Source: a virus
Taxonomy: Duplodnaviria > Caudoviricetes
IMG/VR virus record: IMGVR_UViG_3300027656_000048
Location: 1-24,053 of that record
Strand: one strand, 5' to 3'
Length of the DNA stretch: 24,053 nucleotides
Made by a program: the position numbers and the translations under genes. The number at the start of each line of letters is the position of its first letter. Position 1 is the first letter of the stretch. Below, piece by piece: positions 7,827 through 16,873 of this stretch. Under the pieces are notes generated by a model. The model saw only the letters and a list, made by a program, of their open reading frames with translations, ran no database searches and was not told the DNA's origin.

Positions 7827-8780
7827 ATGCAGGTCAAAGAATTCGGAAAATCATTAAACAGCAAAGTTTTGAATGAACACATGGCTAAAACATTTGGCTA
7901 TAAAGTCAATTTGGAAACTTTTACTTTAGAACAACTAGAAGATGCTCGCAATCGACTACGAACTTCTATTAACACCATTGAAACTAACGAAAGTTATGAT
8001 TCCATGCTGGAGTCTAATGCGTATCACAAGACTCGCAGTTTGTTAGATGTCATAAATCGCGCTATTCAAGAACGTAACGAACTAGGAGAGGCTGTACAAA
8101 TGGAAAGTAAAAAATTGCACAAAGATCCAGACAAGATGGCCAAGAGATTCACTGCTATGGAAAATGTCAGCGACGAATGGTTGAAAGTTGCTGTGTGGCG
8201 CTTGAGTCAACAGCAAGACACTGCAAGAGATTTGATCGATGAATTGGTCATTCGTAATGAATTGAATGAAGATCAAGCCCAGTATGTGGTAGCAAGACTA
8301 ATGGCAGAGATGTCGGGCAACAAAGAGGCACAGCGCATTTTAACAGAAGGCGAAGAAGAACGTGCAGAGTTGATAATGGCCAGTAAAGATATGGTTGACA
8401 AACTCACAGGCTGGTTAGAAGACACTGCTTCTATGCAAGCAGAAAACATGTTAGAATTACTAGACTCTATAAGAGATGAAATGGGCTCAGAGATCAGTGA
8501 AAAATATGCAGCCATTGTGAAACCAGCATTGGCTGAAATTTACACCACATTAGAAAAAAATCGTCAAGCATTATCTGGTGCTGTTGGAATTTTAACCGGC
8601 GATGAAAATGTTCAAGGCACGGGGATGACTCCTCCCGAAACTCCTGAAATAGAACCTGGCACTGAAGAACCTCCAGCAATTGGAGGCACAGCAGGCGAAT
8701 CCCCAGCTGGTAGAGAACAACGTGAAAGCATTGATCTTAGCCGTAGACTGGGATTGATGTTAGGCTCAAAAAAAAAGTAA
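7827..8780 (+). CDS. acidic alpha-helical late protein (possible prohead core/scaffold-like), ends at a slippery site
   Basis: TAAATA 7797-7802, AGGA SD; Glu-rich helical sequence with L-x-E motifs. Confidence 0.65.
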   Translation: MQVKEFGKSLNSKVLNEHMAKTFGYKVNLETFTLEQLEDARNRLRTSINTIETNESYDSMLESNAYHKTRSLLDVINRAIQERNELGEAVQMESKKLHKDPDKMAKRFTAMENVSDEWLKVAVWRLSQQQDTARDLIDELVIRNELNEDQAQYVVARLMAEMSGNKEAQRILTEGEEERAELIMASKDMVDKLTGWLEDTASMQAENMLELLDSIRDEMGSEISEKYAAIVKPALAEIYTTLEKNRQALSGAVGILTGDENVQGTGMTPPETPEIEPGTEEPPAIGGTAGESPAGREQRESIDLSRRLGLMLGSKKK

Positions 8781-8823
8781 TGAAAGAGGGAACCAATGAT
8801 ATTTTAGATATCATTGGTTCTTT
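8766..8823 (+). other. candidate -1 programmed frameshift signal (A AAA AAG + 9-nt spacer + 16-bp hairpin)
   Basis: In-frame TCA AAA AAA AAG TAA; hairpin core GAACCAATGATAT 8790-8802 / ATATCATTGGTTC 8808-8820; -1 frame open into ORF 8780..9100. Confidence 0.65.
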
Positions 8824-9100
8824 GGAAGCCATTCAAAAACAAGCCAATGCAGCAGATCAATCGGCTGAGTATAACTGGGCAGAAAACACCTTTACAGATT
8901 TCACCGGATTGACATTAGACGGATTGAAAAGACTGTGGGACTCCCCCCAAGGGTCAGTATTGAAACAGTATATCAAACGATACGATGACAACACTGTGGA
9001 AATAAAAACCAAAAAAGATTCAACTGACACTGGCCAAAGCGGTGGCAAGAGCAAAGTAGCACAAATGGCCAAGTCTGCTACATCTCGCCGACAAGGTTGA
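8780..9100 (+). CDS. hypothetical protein (106 aa), possibly frameshift extension of upstream gene
   Basis: TAATG overlap, -1 frame relative to 7827..8780, no SD. Confidence 0.7.
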   Translation: MKEGTNDILDIIGSLEAIQKQANAADQSAEYNWAENTFTDFTGLTLDGLKRLWDSPQGSVLKQYIKRYDDNTVEIKTKKDSTDTGQSGGKSKVAQMAKSATSRRQG

Positions 9101-9125
9101 CATAACTAATGTGACATAGTATAAT
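9097..9125 (+). promoter_or_regulatory. perfect sigma70 promoter TTGACA-N17-TATAAT
   Basis: TTGACA 9097-9102, TATAAT 9120-9125. Confidence 0.9.
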
Positions 9126-9132
9126 ATAAGTT

Positions 9133-9852
9133 ATGTCATTATTAATAGAAAAATACAACTACACAAAATTAGCCAGAGACGAAAGCACAGGCAAACGCCT
9201 CTATGCTACACCTGATGGACACAAAGTGCCTTCAGTCACCACAATCCTAGACAAGACCAAACCTGCCGAATCACGAATTGCTCTAGCCAATTGGCGAAAA
9301 GCAGTGGGTGAAAAGAAAGCACAAGAGATCACTACCGAAGCGGCCAATCGTGGTACTAGGATGCACAAGTACCTTGAAGACTATGTTGCGCAAGGATTCT
9401 TGTCTACTCCGGGCACTAATCCTTTTAGTCAACAGAGCCACAAGATGGCCGACTGCATTATCAAGCAAGGATTTGGACCAGTTAGTGAAGTATGGGGCAA
9501 TGAAGTACCCTTGTACTTTCCCGAACTATATGCGGGCACTACTGACTGTGTGGGCGTACACAACGGCGAGCAGAGTATTCTAGATTACAAGCAGACCAAC
9601 AAGCCCAAAAAACTAGAGTATATTGACGATTACTTTATTCAACTTACTGCATACGCACTAGCACACAACGAAGTACACGGAACTAATATCCGCAAAGGTG
9701 TTATTCTAATGTGTGTTAAACCGCCCGAAGTCACTCCTATGGTCTGGGGAGAACCGCAATATCAGGAGTTTATCCTGGAACCCAAGGACTTTGACTACTG
9801 GACTGAGCGTTGGTGCAAACGAATAGAAGAATACTACGCAAAATACGGCTAA
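9133..9852 (+). CDS. PD-(D/E)XK exonuclease (Cas4/MGME1-like phage exonuclease)
   Basis: PSVTTIL, RGTRMH, E...YAGTTD...ILDYK, QLTAYA motifs. Confidence 0.85.
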   Translation: MSLLIEKYNYTKLARDESTGKRLYATPDGHKVPSVTTILDKTKPAESRIALANWRKAVGEKKAQEITTEAANRGTRMHKYLEDYVAQGFLSTPGTNPFSQQSHKMADCIIKQGFGPVSEVWGNEVPLYFPELYAGTTDCVGVHNGEQSILDYKQTNKPKKLEYIDDYFIQLTAYALAHNEVHGTNIRKGVILMCVKPPEVTPMVWGEPQYQEFILEPKDFDYWTERWCKRIEEYYAKYG

Positions 9853-9875
9853 ATATCCCATAAGAGGATATTTTT

Positions 9876-11507
9876 ATGGCTGTTGTCCAAATTTCAAGAA
9901 TACAGGTCCGTAGAGGACAAAAGAATCAAGGTTCAGGGTTACCACAGTTGGCCAGCGGCGAGATGGCATGGGCTGTTGACACACAAGAGATGTTTGTGGG
10001 CAACGGTGCAGTGGCAGAAGGTGCTCCCTATGTGGGCAATACCAAGATATTAACTGAACATGACAATCTGTTGGACTTTGTTGAACAGTATGTGTACAAA
10101 AACTTTTTGGGCAGCAGCGTACAGACAGGCAGCGACCCCAACTTTCCGGTCGAACGCAGTATAAATCAAAGACTAGACGATTCTGTGTCTGCGTTGAGTT
10201 TTGGTGCAATGGGCGACGGCAGCACTGACAACACTGTTGCAATACAACGTGCAATTGATCAATTGTTTTTAAACCCAGCAACTATCAACACCACAGACAG
10301 CCGTGTTACCCTGGATGTGCCCGCTGGCACGTACATTTTATCTGCTCCGGTGTATATTCCCAGCAACTGTAACATCAAAGGCGCTGGCATTGGCAAAACT
10401 GTATTTTTACATGCACATAATCAACCGGCTTTTATTTTCATTAACGACACATCCACTACAGCATTGCGCAGCACATTGAACAGTACCACCTACAACAATC
10501 AACCTAAAAATATTTCAATGGTTGGGTTCAGCGTAAACAGCACTGTGGCAACAGAAACCATGATGCAGTTAGACGCAGTACGTGACAGTGTGTTTCATCA
10601 AATAGCATTTAGCGGAATGTGGTCTAGTCTAAGTGGCAGTAACACTGACAATGTGGGATTTGCATTGAGAGCAGTGAGTGACATTGTCACTTGCGAACGT
10701 TTGTATTTTACTCAGTGTAAGGTCAGCGGGTTTAGTTATGGAATCTATAGCGATTACGATATCAATTACTGCATATGGGACCACAGTGAATTTGACACCT
10801 GTTATCGAGGTATAAGTTTTGGGCAAAACAGTAACCTGTTTGGTTCCGGTCAATTGGTAGGACCAAGACTCTGCATGGTCAGCAACAGCAGATTTAACAA
10901 TATCGATCGTGAAGGATTTTTGATTACCAACGGGGATAGCAATACATCAAAAAGCAATAGATTTACATTTGTTGGTAATGATGGATCAACCAATCTCAAT
11001 GCGGTCACTGCTCACATATCATTTTTATCCAGCGGCAACGCCACTGTTCAAGATTGGTCAGATAGAATAGATACCATGGCCGAGGGAAATTTTGGCAGTA
11101 AATATTTCACTGCTCATAATGGCACTGTGGCCTTTGCAAATAATTTTGCCACACGCCTTAGCATCGTGCAAAAAACTGTTGCGTTTACTTTGTTCAGATT
11201 GCCCTACTATTCCAGTGCTGCCTATGCAGTGAACTACATGTATCAAAGCATCAGCAATGGCGCTGCTCAAACAATGATGCGAAAAGGCACATTGAACATT
11301 GCAGTGGATTCAATCAACGGCGGGTTGCGGATCACAGACGAATATGAATTCACAGGCACTGTTGGTGCAGATTCCAATTTGCAGTTTTTTGCAGCCATTG
11401 TGGATTCTGACGGTGTGGGTGGCGTGGACACAGTGGCGGTGAGTTACACCAACAGCACAGTCAGCGACAATGGTAAGTTTGTCTACACGTATTCAGCACT
11501 TTCTTAA
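9876..11507 (+). CDS. tail fibre/tailspike-like protein with pectate-lyase-type beta-helix
   Basis: TAAATA 9850-9855 and GAGGA SD; N-terminal RIQVRRG...LASGE...D...FVGNG anchor motif; FGAMGDGSTDNTVAIQRAI and VPAGTY beta-helix cap motifs. Confidence 0.75.
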   Translation: MAVVQISRIQVRRGQKNQGSGLPQLASGEMAWAVDTQEMFVGNGAVAEGAPYVGNTKILTEHDNLLDFVEQYVYKNFLGSSVQTGSDPNFPVERSINQRLDDSVSALSFGAMGDGSTDNTVAIQRAIDQLFLNPATINTTDSRVTLDVPAGTYILSAPVYIPSNCNIKGAGIGKTVFLHAHNQPAFIFINDTSTTALRSTLNSTTYNNQPKNISMVGFSVNSTVATETMMQLDAVRDSVFHQIAFSGMWSSLSGSNTDNVGFALRAVSDIVTCERLYFTQCKVSGFSYGIYSDYDINYCIWDHSEFDTCYRGISFGQNSNLFGSGQLVGPRLCMVSNSRFNNIDREGFLITNGDSNTSKSNRFTFVGNDGSTNLNAVTAHISFLSSGNATVQDWSDRIDTMAEGNFGSKYFTAHNGTVAFANNFATRLSIVQKTVAFTLFRLPYYSSAAYAVNYMYQSISNGAAQTMMRKGTLNIAVDSINGGLRITDEYEFTGTVGADSNLQFFAAIVDSDGVGGVDTVAVSYTNSTVSDNGKFVYTYSALS

Positions 11508-11516
11508 TCAGATCGG

Positions 11517-11545
11517 TTGCAATAATTATAGTAATGTATTAAAAT
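11517..11545 (+). promoter_or_regulatory. sigma70-type promoter TTGCAA-N17-TAAAAT upstream of nrdA
   Basis: Hexamers at 11517-11522 and 11540-11545; a TATAAATA late box also lies at 11652-11659. Confidence 0.55.
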
Positions 11546-11680
11546 GTACATCTACAGTATAGTACATAACCCAATTTTGATAAATTTATAACCATTTGAT
11601 TTTGAACAATATTTTTCAACCGCAACTAATTAATTTAGTAATGTCAATGGGTATAAATATTTTCCTTATCAAGAAAACAG

Positions 11681-14002
11681 ATGAATAATATAACAGTAAT
11701 AAAAAGAAATGGTCAACGTGAGCATTTGACCATTGAAAAATGGCAAACTCAGATAGCGAAAGTATGTAAAAACATTGCCGATGTCAGTCAAAGTATGATT
11801 GAAATCAAAGCGCAACCCCATTTCTATGACGGTATCACCACTAGAGAAATAGATGAAATAACACTGCGTGCCATTGTGGATCTTATTGATGTGGAATCTA
11901 ATCCAGATGTTGGGCATACCAACTATCAGTATGTGGCTGGCAAACAACGTCTCAGCATGTTACGCAAAGATATCTACGGCAGTTACACAGTGCCGGATCT
12001 TTATTCCATTGTCAAGACCAATGTGGCAACAGGTCTTTATACCAGTGAACTTCTTGACTGGTACAGTGAAGAAGATTGGAACAAGATGAATGACATGTTA
12101 GATCATTCTAAAGATGAAGAATATAGTTATGCTGCCATTGAACAACTTATCGAAAAATATCTAGTTAAAAATCGTTCAACAAAACAAACTTATGAAACTC
12201 CGCAGATTAGATATATGATTGCGGCCGCAACTGTGTTCCACACAGAAGAACCCAATTCGGCTCGTATGCGTTACATTAAGGAATATTACAATGCAGCATC
12301 AGATGGACTTTTTACGTTGGCCACGCCAGTGTTGGCAGGGCTTGGTACTCCTACTAAACAATTTAGTAGTTGCGTTCTCATTCGTTCGGATGATGATCTG
12401 GACAGTATTTTCGCGTCCGGAGAAATGATGGCCAAATATGCCAGCAAACGTGCTGGCATTGGTTTAGAAATTGGTCGTCTACGATCACTGGGTAGTCCCA
12501 TCAGAGGTGGCGAGATCATGCACACTGGCATGATTCCTTTCTTGAAGAAATGGTTTGGAGATTTGCGCTCATGCTCACAAGGAGGTATTCGTAATGCTAG
12601 TGCTACTGTATTCTATCCTATTTGGCATCATCAGTTTGATGACCTTATTGTGCTTAAGAACAACCAAGGAACAGAAGAAACCCGAGTCCGTCATATGGAT
12701 TATGGGGTTGTGCTTAGTGCTTTCTTCTGGAGACGATTCCGAAACAAACAAGACATAACATTCTTTGATCCCAATGAAGTGCCAGACCTGTACGAAGCAT
12801 TTTATAAAGATACGGCACTGTTCGAAGAACTTTATGTCAAATATGAAAAGCAAAAAGGTCTACGTAAAAAGACCATGAGTGCTGAAGAAGTTTTCAAGGG
12901 TGGTATACTGAAAGAACGCACAGACACAGGTCGAATCTATTTGGTGTTCATTGACAATGTAATGAGTCAAGGACCCTTTGATCCTGAATATCATACGATA
13001 TATCAGAGTAACTTGTGCTGTGAGATCCTATTACCCACACGTCCATTCAAAAGATTAGACGACGATAGTGGCCGCATAGCGTTATGTACACTGGGATCTA
13101 TCAACTGGGGATCGTTCCGAAATCCAGAGGATATGCGTAGAGCCTGTAGGATTCTACAGCGTAGCCTGTGTAACATCCTTGACTACCAAGACTTCTTGTC
13201 AATACAAAGTAAATTAAGTAATGACGAGATACAACCGTTGGGCATTGGTATTACCAATTTGGCCTACTGGCATGCCAAGCGCGGCCTAAAGTATGGCGAC
13301 AAAGATGCACTGCAAGAAGTTAAAACATGGATGGAGCATCAGGCTTACTATCTAACAGAAGCCACAGTGGAGTTGGCCAAGGAACGTGGTCCATGTTTAG
13401 ATAGTCATAAGACAAGATATGGCCAGGGCGTCTTTCCTTGGGAATTACGAGCCAAGGGTGTTAACGAACTGACCGACTTTACGCCTGAACTGGATTGGGA
13501 AACACTGCGTACAAATATGAAACAGCATGGCGTAAGAAATGCAACACTTATGGCCATTGCCCCTGTAGAAAGTTCCAGCGTGGTTATTAATTCAACCAAC
13601 GGCATTGAGATGCCTATGAGTTTGATCAGTACCAAGGAATCAAAAGCAGGGTCATTCACTCAAGTTGTCCCCGAATATGCCAAACTAAAAAACAAATATC
13701 AAATGATGTGGGAACAACGGGACTGTGCTGGTTATCTAAAGACAGCAGCGGTTCTTGCTGCCTATGTTGATCAAAGTATCTCAACCAATACATTCTACAA
13801 TCCAGCACATTTTGCAGATCGTAAAGTACCAACTACATTGATTGCTAAAAACTTGATGCAGGCACATGTATGGGGATTGAAAACATTCTATTATAGTTTG
13901 ATCAACAAAGCAGGCAGCAAGGCTGTGGCAGAAGATGCTCCTACTATGTTTGAACCTATTGACTTTGATGATGAAGAAGATTGTGAAGCGTGTAAGTTAT
14001 AA
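11681..14002 (+). CDS. nrdA: class Ia ribonucleotide reductase alpha subunit with ATP cone
   Basis: VIKRNG ATP cone, FSSCVLI, QGGIR, SNLCCEI, ALCTL, KTFYY, C-terminal CEACKL. Confidence 0.97.
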   Translation: MNNITVIKRNGQREHLTIEKWQTQIAKVCKNIADVSQSMIEIKAQPHFYDGITTREIDEITLRAIVDLIDVESNPDVGHTNYQYVAGKQRLSMLRKDIYGSYTVPDLYSIVKTNVATGLYTSELLDWYSEEDWNKMNDMLDHSKDEEYSYAAIEQLIEKYLVKNRSTKQTYETPQIRYMIAAATVFHTEEPNSARMRYIKEYYNAASDGLFTLATPVLAGLGTPTKQFSSCVLIRSDDDLDSIFASGEMMAKYASKRAGIGLEIGRLRSLGSPIRGGEIMHTGMIPFLKKWFGDLRSCSQGGIRNASATVFYPIWHHQFDDLIVLKNNQGTEETRVRHMDYGVVLSAFFWRRFRNKQDITFFDPNEVPDLYEAFYKDTALFEELYVKYEKQKGLRKKTMSAEEVFKGGILKERTDTGRIYLVFIDNVMSQGPFDPEYHTIYQSNLCCEILLPTRPFKRLDDDSGRIALCTLGSINWGSFRNPEDMRRACRILQRSLCNILDYQDFLSIQSKLSNDEIQPLGIGITNLAYWHAKRGLKYGDKDALQEVKTWMEHQAYYLTEATVELAKERGPCLDSHKTRYGQGVFPWELRAKGVNELTDFTPELDWETLRTNMKQHGVRNATLMAIAPVESSSVVINSTNGIEMPMSLISTKESKAGSFTQVVPEYAKLKNKYQMMWEQRDCAGYLKTAAVLAAYVDQSISTNTFYNPAHFADRKVPTTLIAKNLMQAHVWGLKTFYYSLINKAGSKAVAEDAPTMFEPIDFDDEEDCEACKL

Positions 14003-14011
14003 GGAATTGAT

Positions 14012-14209
14012 ATGTTAAAAGATAGAAGAGTATTATTAGAACACGATCTTAAAGCAGCACACGATCAGGCTGCACACATGTATTTGGATATCGTATTGTA
14101 TGATAGCAAAGGCCACGACGAAGAGTATCAACAGTTGAGAGATAAAATTTCTAAACTGGAATTTGACCTCAACATGGTAAACCAATTGATTCACAAAGGT
14201 CATGCATAA
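14012..14209 (+). CDS. small coiled-coil hypothetical protein (65 aa)
   Basis: AAGGA SD; TAATG coupling to desaturase. Confidence 0.7.
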   Translation: MLKDRRVLLEHDLKAAHDQAAHMYLDIVLYDSKGHDEEYQQLRDKISKLEFDLNMVNQLIHKGHA

Positions 14210-14997
14210 TGACTTTCAGTGACAAGTACCGAATTCTTTATATTTTTATTCTGCTTAGTGTTCCTGCAAGTATAATAGTGGCTGCTGAAACCAGCTGGTG
14301 GTATTTAATTTTTAGTCTTATTTGGTTTCGATTTGTCAACACTACCTGGGCTCAGATTGGATTACACAGATACTTTGCACATAGAAATTTTAAGACAGGT
14401 ACTTGGCGTCATCGATTTCTTGCTGTTGGAACTGTGTTAACAGGCAGCGGCAGTATTCTTTCCTGGGCCTCACATCATGCACATCATCACATTCATTCGG
14501 ATACACCAATGGATGTGCATAGTCCAATTGACGGGTGGCACCACACTGCATTTTTGTGGGCCATGTCTAGTGGAGAATATTTCACCAAAGAAAAGAAAAT
14601 CACTGTACCTAGATATCTGTTAAAAGACAAACTGATAGTTTGGCTACACAATAATTATTTTATGATATGGTTTTTTAGCATCGTGGTGTTAGTGTTAATT
14701 GATTGGAAGTTTGCATTATTTGGATTACTTGCGCCTGCAGGATGGAATTTATTAGCAGGAAATATCTTGGCTAATCTGTCTACGCACATAAAGTTACCCG
14801 GTTCTTATAAAAACTTTGATACAGGTGATAATAGTTATAACAACAGGTTTATACAGATATTTGCGTTTGGTGAAGGGTTGCACAACAATCATCACCATGA
14901 TGCTAGCAAATATGATCAAGCAATGATGCCTGGAGAATTTGATCCAGCAGGATGGATTGTTAGAAAATTCTTTGAAACTAAGAGTGTACATGCCTAA
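14209..14997 (+). CDS. membrane fatty-acid desaturase (delta-9 type)
   Basis: Three His boxes HRYFAH, HAHHH, GEGLHNNHH; DVHSP and FDPAGW motifs; TM segments. Confidence 0.92.
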   Translation: MTFSDKYRILYIFILLSVPASIIVAAETSWWYLIFSLIWFRFVNTTWAQIGLHRYFAHRNFKTGTWRHRFLAVGTVLTGSGSILSWASHHAHHHIHSDTPMDVHSPIDGWHHTAFLWAMSSGEYFTKEKKITVPRYLLKDKLIVWLHNNYFMIWFFSIVVLVLIDWKFALFGLLAPAGWNLLAGNILANLSTHIKLPGSYKNFDTGDNSYNNRFIQIFAFGEGLHNNHHHDASKYDQAMMPGEFDPAGWIVRKFFETKSVHA

Positions 14998-15012
14998 AAG
15001 AGAGAAAAAATA

Positions 15013-16113
15013 ATGTCAAAACAACAATACAATTTAACAACAAAAACAGACTACCTTGGTCGCAAGATGTTTCTAGATCCAGCAGGGCCAGTTACTATTC
15101 AACGCTTCGAAGAAGTCAAATATAAAAAGATTGCAGACTTTGATAGTACCGCCCGAGGATTCTTTTGGCAACCAGAAGAGATCAGTCTCAGCAAAGACGC
15201 TAACGATTTTAAAGATGCTAGTGATGCTGTCAAACATATCTTTACCAGCAACCTACTACGTCAGACAGCACTTGATAGTTTGCAAGGTCGTGGACCAACA
15301 CAGGTATTCACTCCTGTTTGTAGTCTCCCAGAAGTTGAAGCATTGATGTACAACTGGGGCTTCTTTGAAACCAACATTCACTCAAAGAGTTACAGTCACA
15401 TCATCCGTAACATCTACAATGTGCCTAAAGATGTGTTCAACACTATTCACGACACTCGAGAAATTGTAGACATGGCCAGCAGTGTGGGCAAATATTATGA
15501 TGCACTGCATTTGATCAACTGCCGTAAAGAAGTTGGCGAAATTATCGACGAACATGAACACGTCAAGGCTGTTTGGTTAGCACTACACGCAAGTTATGCG
15601 TTAGAAGCGTTCCGCTTTATGGTTTCATTTGCCACAAGTTTGGCCATGGTAGAGAACAAGATCTTCATTGGCAACGGCAACATCATCAGCCTAATCCTAC
15701 AAGACGAACTGCTACACAAGGGGTGGACTGCCTATTTGATCAATCAGGTAGTAAAAGAAGATCCTCGATTTGTGGTGGCTGCTCGCGAGTGCGAACAAGA
15801 AGTGATTGAACTGTACAAAGGCGTTATACAAGAAGAAAAAGCGTGGGCAGACTATCTATTCCAAAAAGGACCAGTGATTGGTCTAAATGCCAACATACTA
15901 AAAGACTTTGTAGATTATACAGCAGTGACAGCGTTGAAAGACATCGGTATTAAATATTGGAACGCTGCGCCCAAGACCACACCAATCCCATGGTTCAATA
16001 AACATGTGGACACCAGCAAGAAACAAACTGCACTGCAAGAAAACGAATCCACAAACTATGTTATTGGCGTTATGAGTGACAGTGTGAACTACGAAGAATT
16101 ACCCGCATTATAA
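15013..16113 (+). CDS. nrdB: class Ia ribonucleotide reductase beta subunit
   Basis: FFWQPEE, LDSLQGR, HSKSY, LEAFRF, DELLH, C-terminal QENESTNY. Confidence 0.96.
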   Translation: MSKQQYNLTTKTDYLGRKMFLDPAGPVTIQRFEEVKYKKIADFDSTARGFFWQPEEISLSKDANDFKDASDAVKHIFTSNLLRQTALDSLQGRGPTQVFTPVCSLPEVEALMYNWGFFETNIHSKSYSHIIRNIYNVPKDVFNTIHDTREIVDMASSVGKYYDALHLINCRKEVGEIIDEHEHVKAVWLALHASYALEAFRFMVSFATSLAMVENKIFIGNGNIISLILQDELLHKGWTAYLINQVVKEDPRFVVAARECEQEVIELYKGVIQEEKAWADYLFQKGPVIGLNANILKDFVDYTAVTALKDIGIKYWNAAPKTTPIPWFNKHVDTSKKQTALQENESTNYVIGVMSDSVNYEELPAL

Positions 16114-16123
16114 GGAAAAGAAG

Positions 16124-16294
16124 ATGGCAAAACTAAATGAAGAAATCATAATAATTAAAATCAGTACATTGTTGCCTGACAATGCTGACATGACTGCAAT
16201 TATGGACAATGACAACATATCTGCACTACAGCAAGTTGTTGAACAACTGGCAGGCGACACTAGAACATTAGTTGAAATTGAAAGAGGAAATTAA
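16124..16294 (+). CDS. small hypothetical protein, 56 aa (MAKLNEEIIIIKISTLLPD...VEIERGN), not in ORF track
   Basis: AAGGA SD, exactly fills the nrdB-glutaredoxin gap. Confidence 0.75.
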   Translation: MAKLNEEIIIIKISTLLPDNADMTAIMDNDNISALQQVVEQLAGDTRTLVEIERGN

Positions 16295-16552
16295 ATGAAA
16301 GTTGTTGTTTGGAGCAAATATCATTGCCCATATTGTGATCAAGCCAAATCGGCGTTGCAACAAAAAAATATTACCTTTGAAGAGCGCAAAATAGGTGATG
16401 GATGGACTAAAGAAGAGTTATTAGAACACATTCCTGCTGCTAGAACATTACCGCAAATTGTGATCAACGGTGATGTCATTGGGGGATTTAATGATCTTAA
16501 AAAATTATTAGAGCGTGACAATATAATAGGATATGGAGACGGAGAAATTTAA
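16295..16552 (+). CDS. grx: glutaredoxin
   Basis: CPYC, RTLPQI, IGGFNDL. Confidence 0.95.
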   Translation: MKVVVWSKYHCPYCDQAKSALQQKNITFEERKIGDGWTKEELLEHIPAARTLPQIVINGDVIGGFNDLKKLLERDNIIGYGDGEI

Positions 16553-16869
16553 TGTTATTTGAAAAATCAAAATTTGCAGTTGGTGATATCATATCACTCA
16601 AGATCACATCAGGTGAAGAAATAATTGGAAAATATGTCAGTGAAGACATGTCAGAATTGGTATTGGGCAGACCTTTAATGTTGGCCATGACTGCCAAGGG
16701 GCCTGCGTTTGCACCCCTGATGATGACCACGGATCCGGATAAGAACTACGGTATCAACAAACAACTGGTCATGACCAAAGGCGAAACAGCCAAGGAAGTA
16801 GCAGATCAATATACATTTCAAACCACTGGTATACAACCTGTATCAGCGGGCAGTATTGTAACAGGATAA
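16552..16869 (+). CDS. hypothetical protein, possible Sm-like/SH3-like beta barrel
   Basis: GDIISLKITSGEEIIGK...LVLGRP resembles Sm1 motif. Confidence 0.5.
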   Translation: MLFEKSKFAVGDIISLKITSGEEIIGKYVSEDMSELVLGRPLMLAMTAKGPAFAPLMMTTDPDKNYGINKQLVMTKGETAKEVADQYTFQTTGIQPVSAGSIVTG

Positions 16870-16873
16870 TATC

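Noticed and set aside
9133-9852. Cas4-like nuclease as sign of a CRISPR system
   Set aside because: No repeat-spacer array or other cas genes in the window; no four-Cys Cas4 cluster pattern; typical phage exonuclease.
11546-11570. Possible NrdR box upstream of nrdA
   Set aside because: Only a loose match needing a gap; no tandem second box.
11681-16113. Introns, inteins or homing endonucleases in nrdA/nrdB
   Set aside because: Both ORFs are continuous and of normal length; the insert between them has no HNH/GIY-YIG motif.
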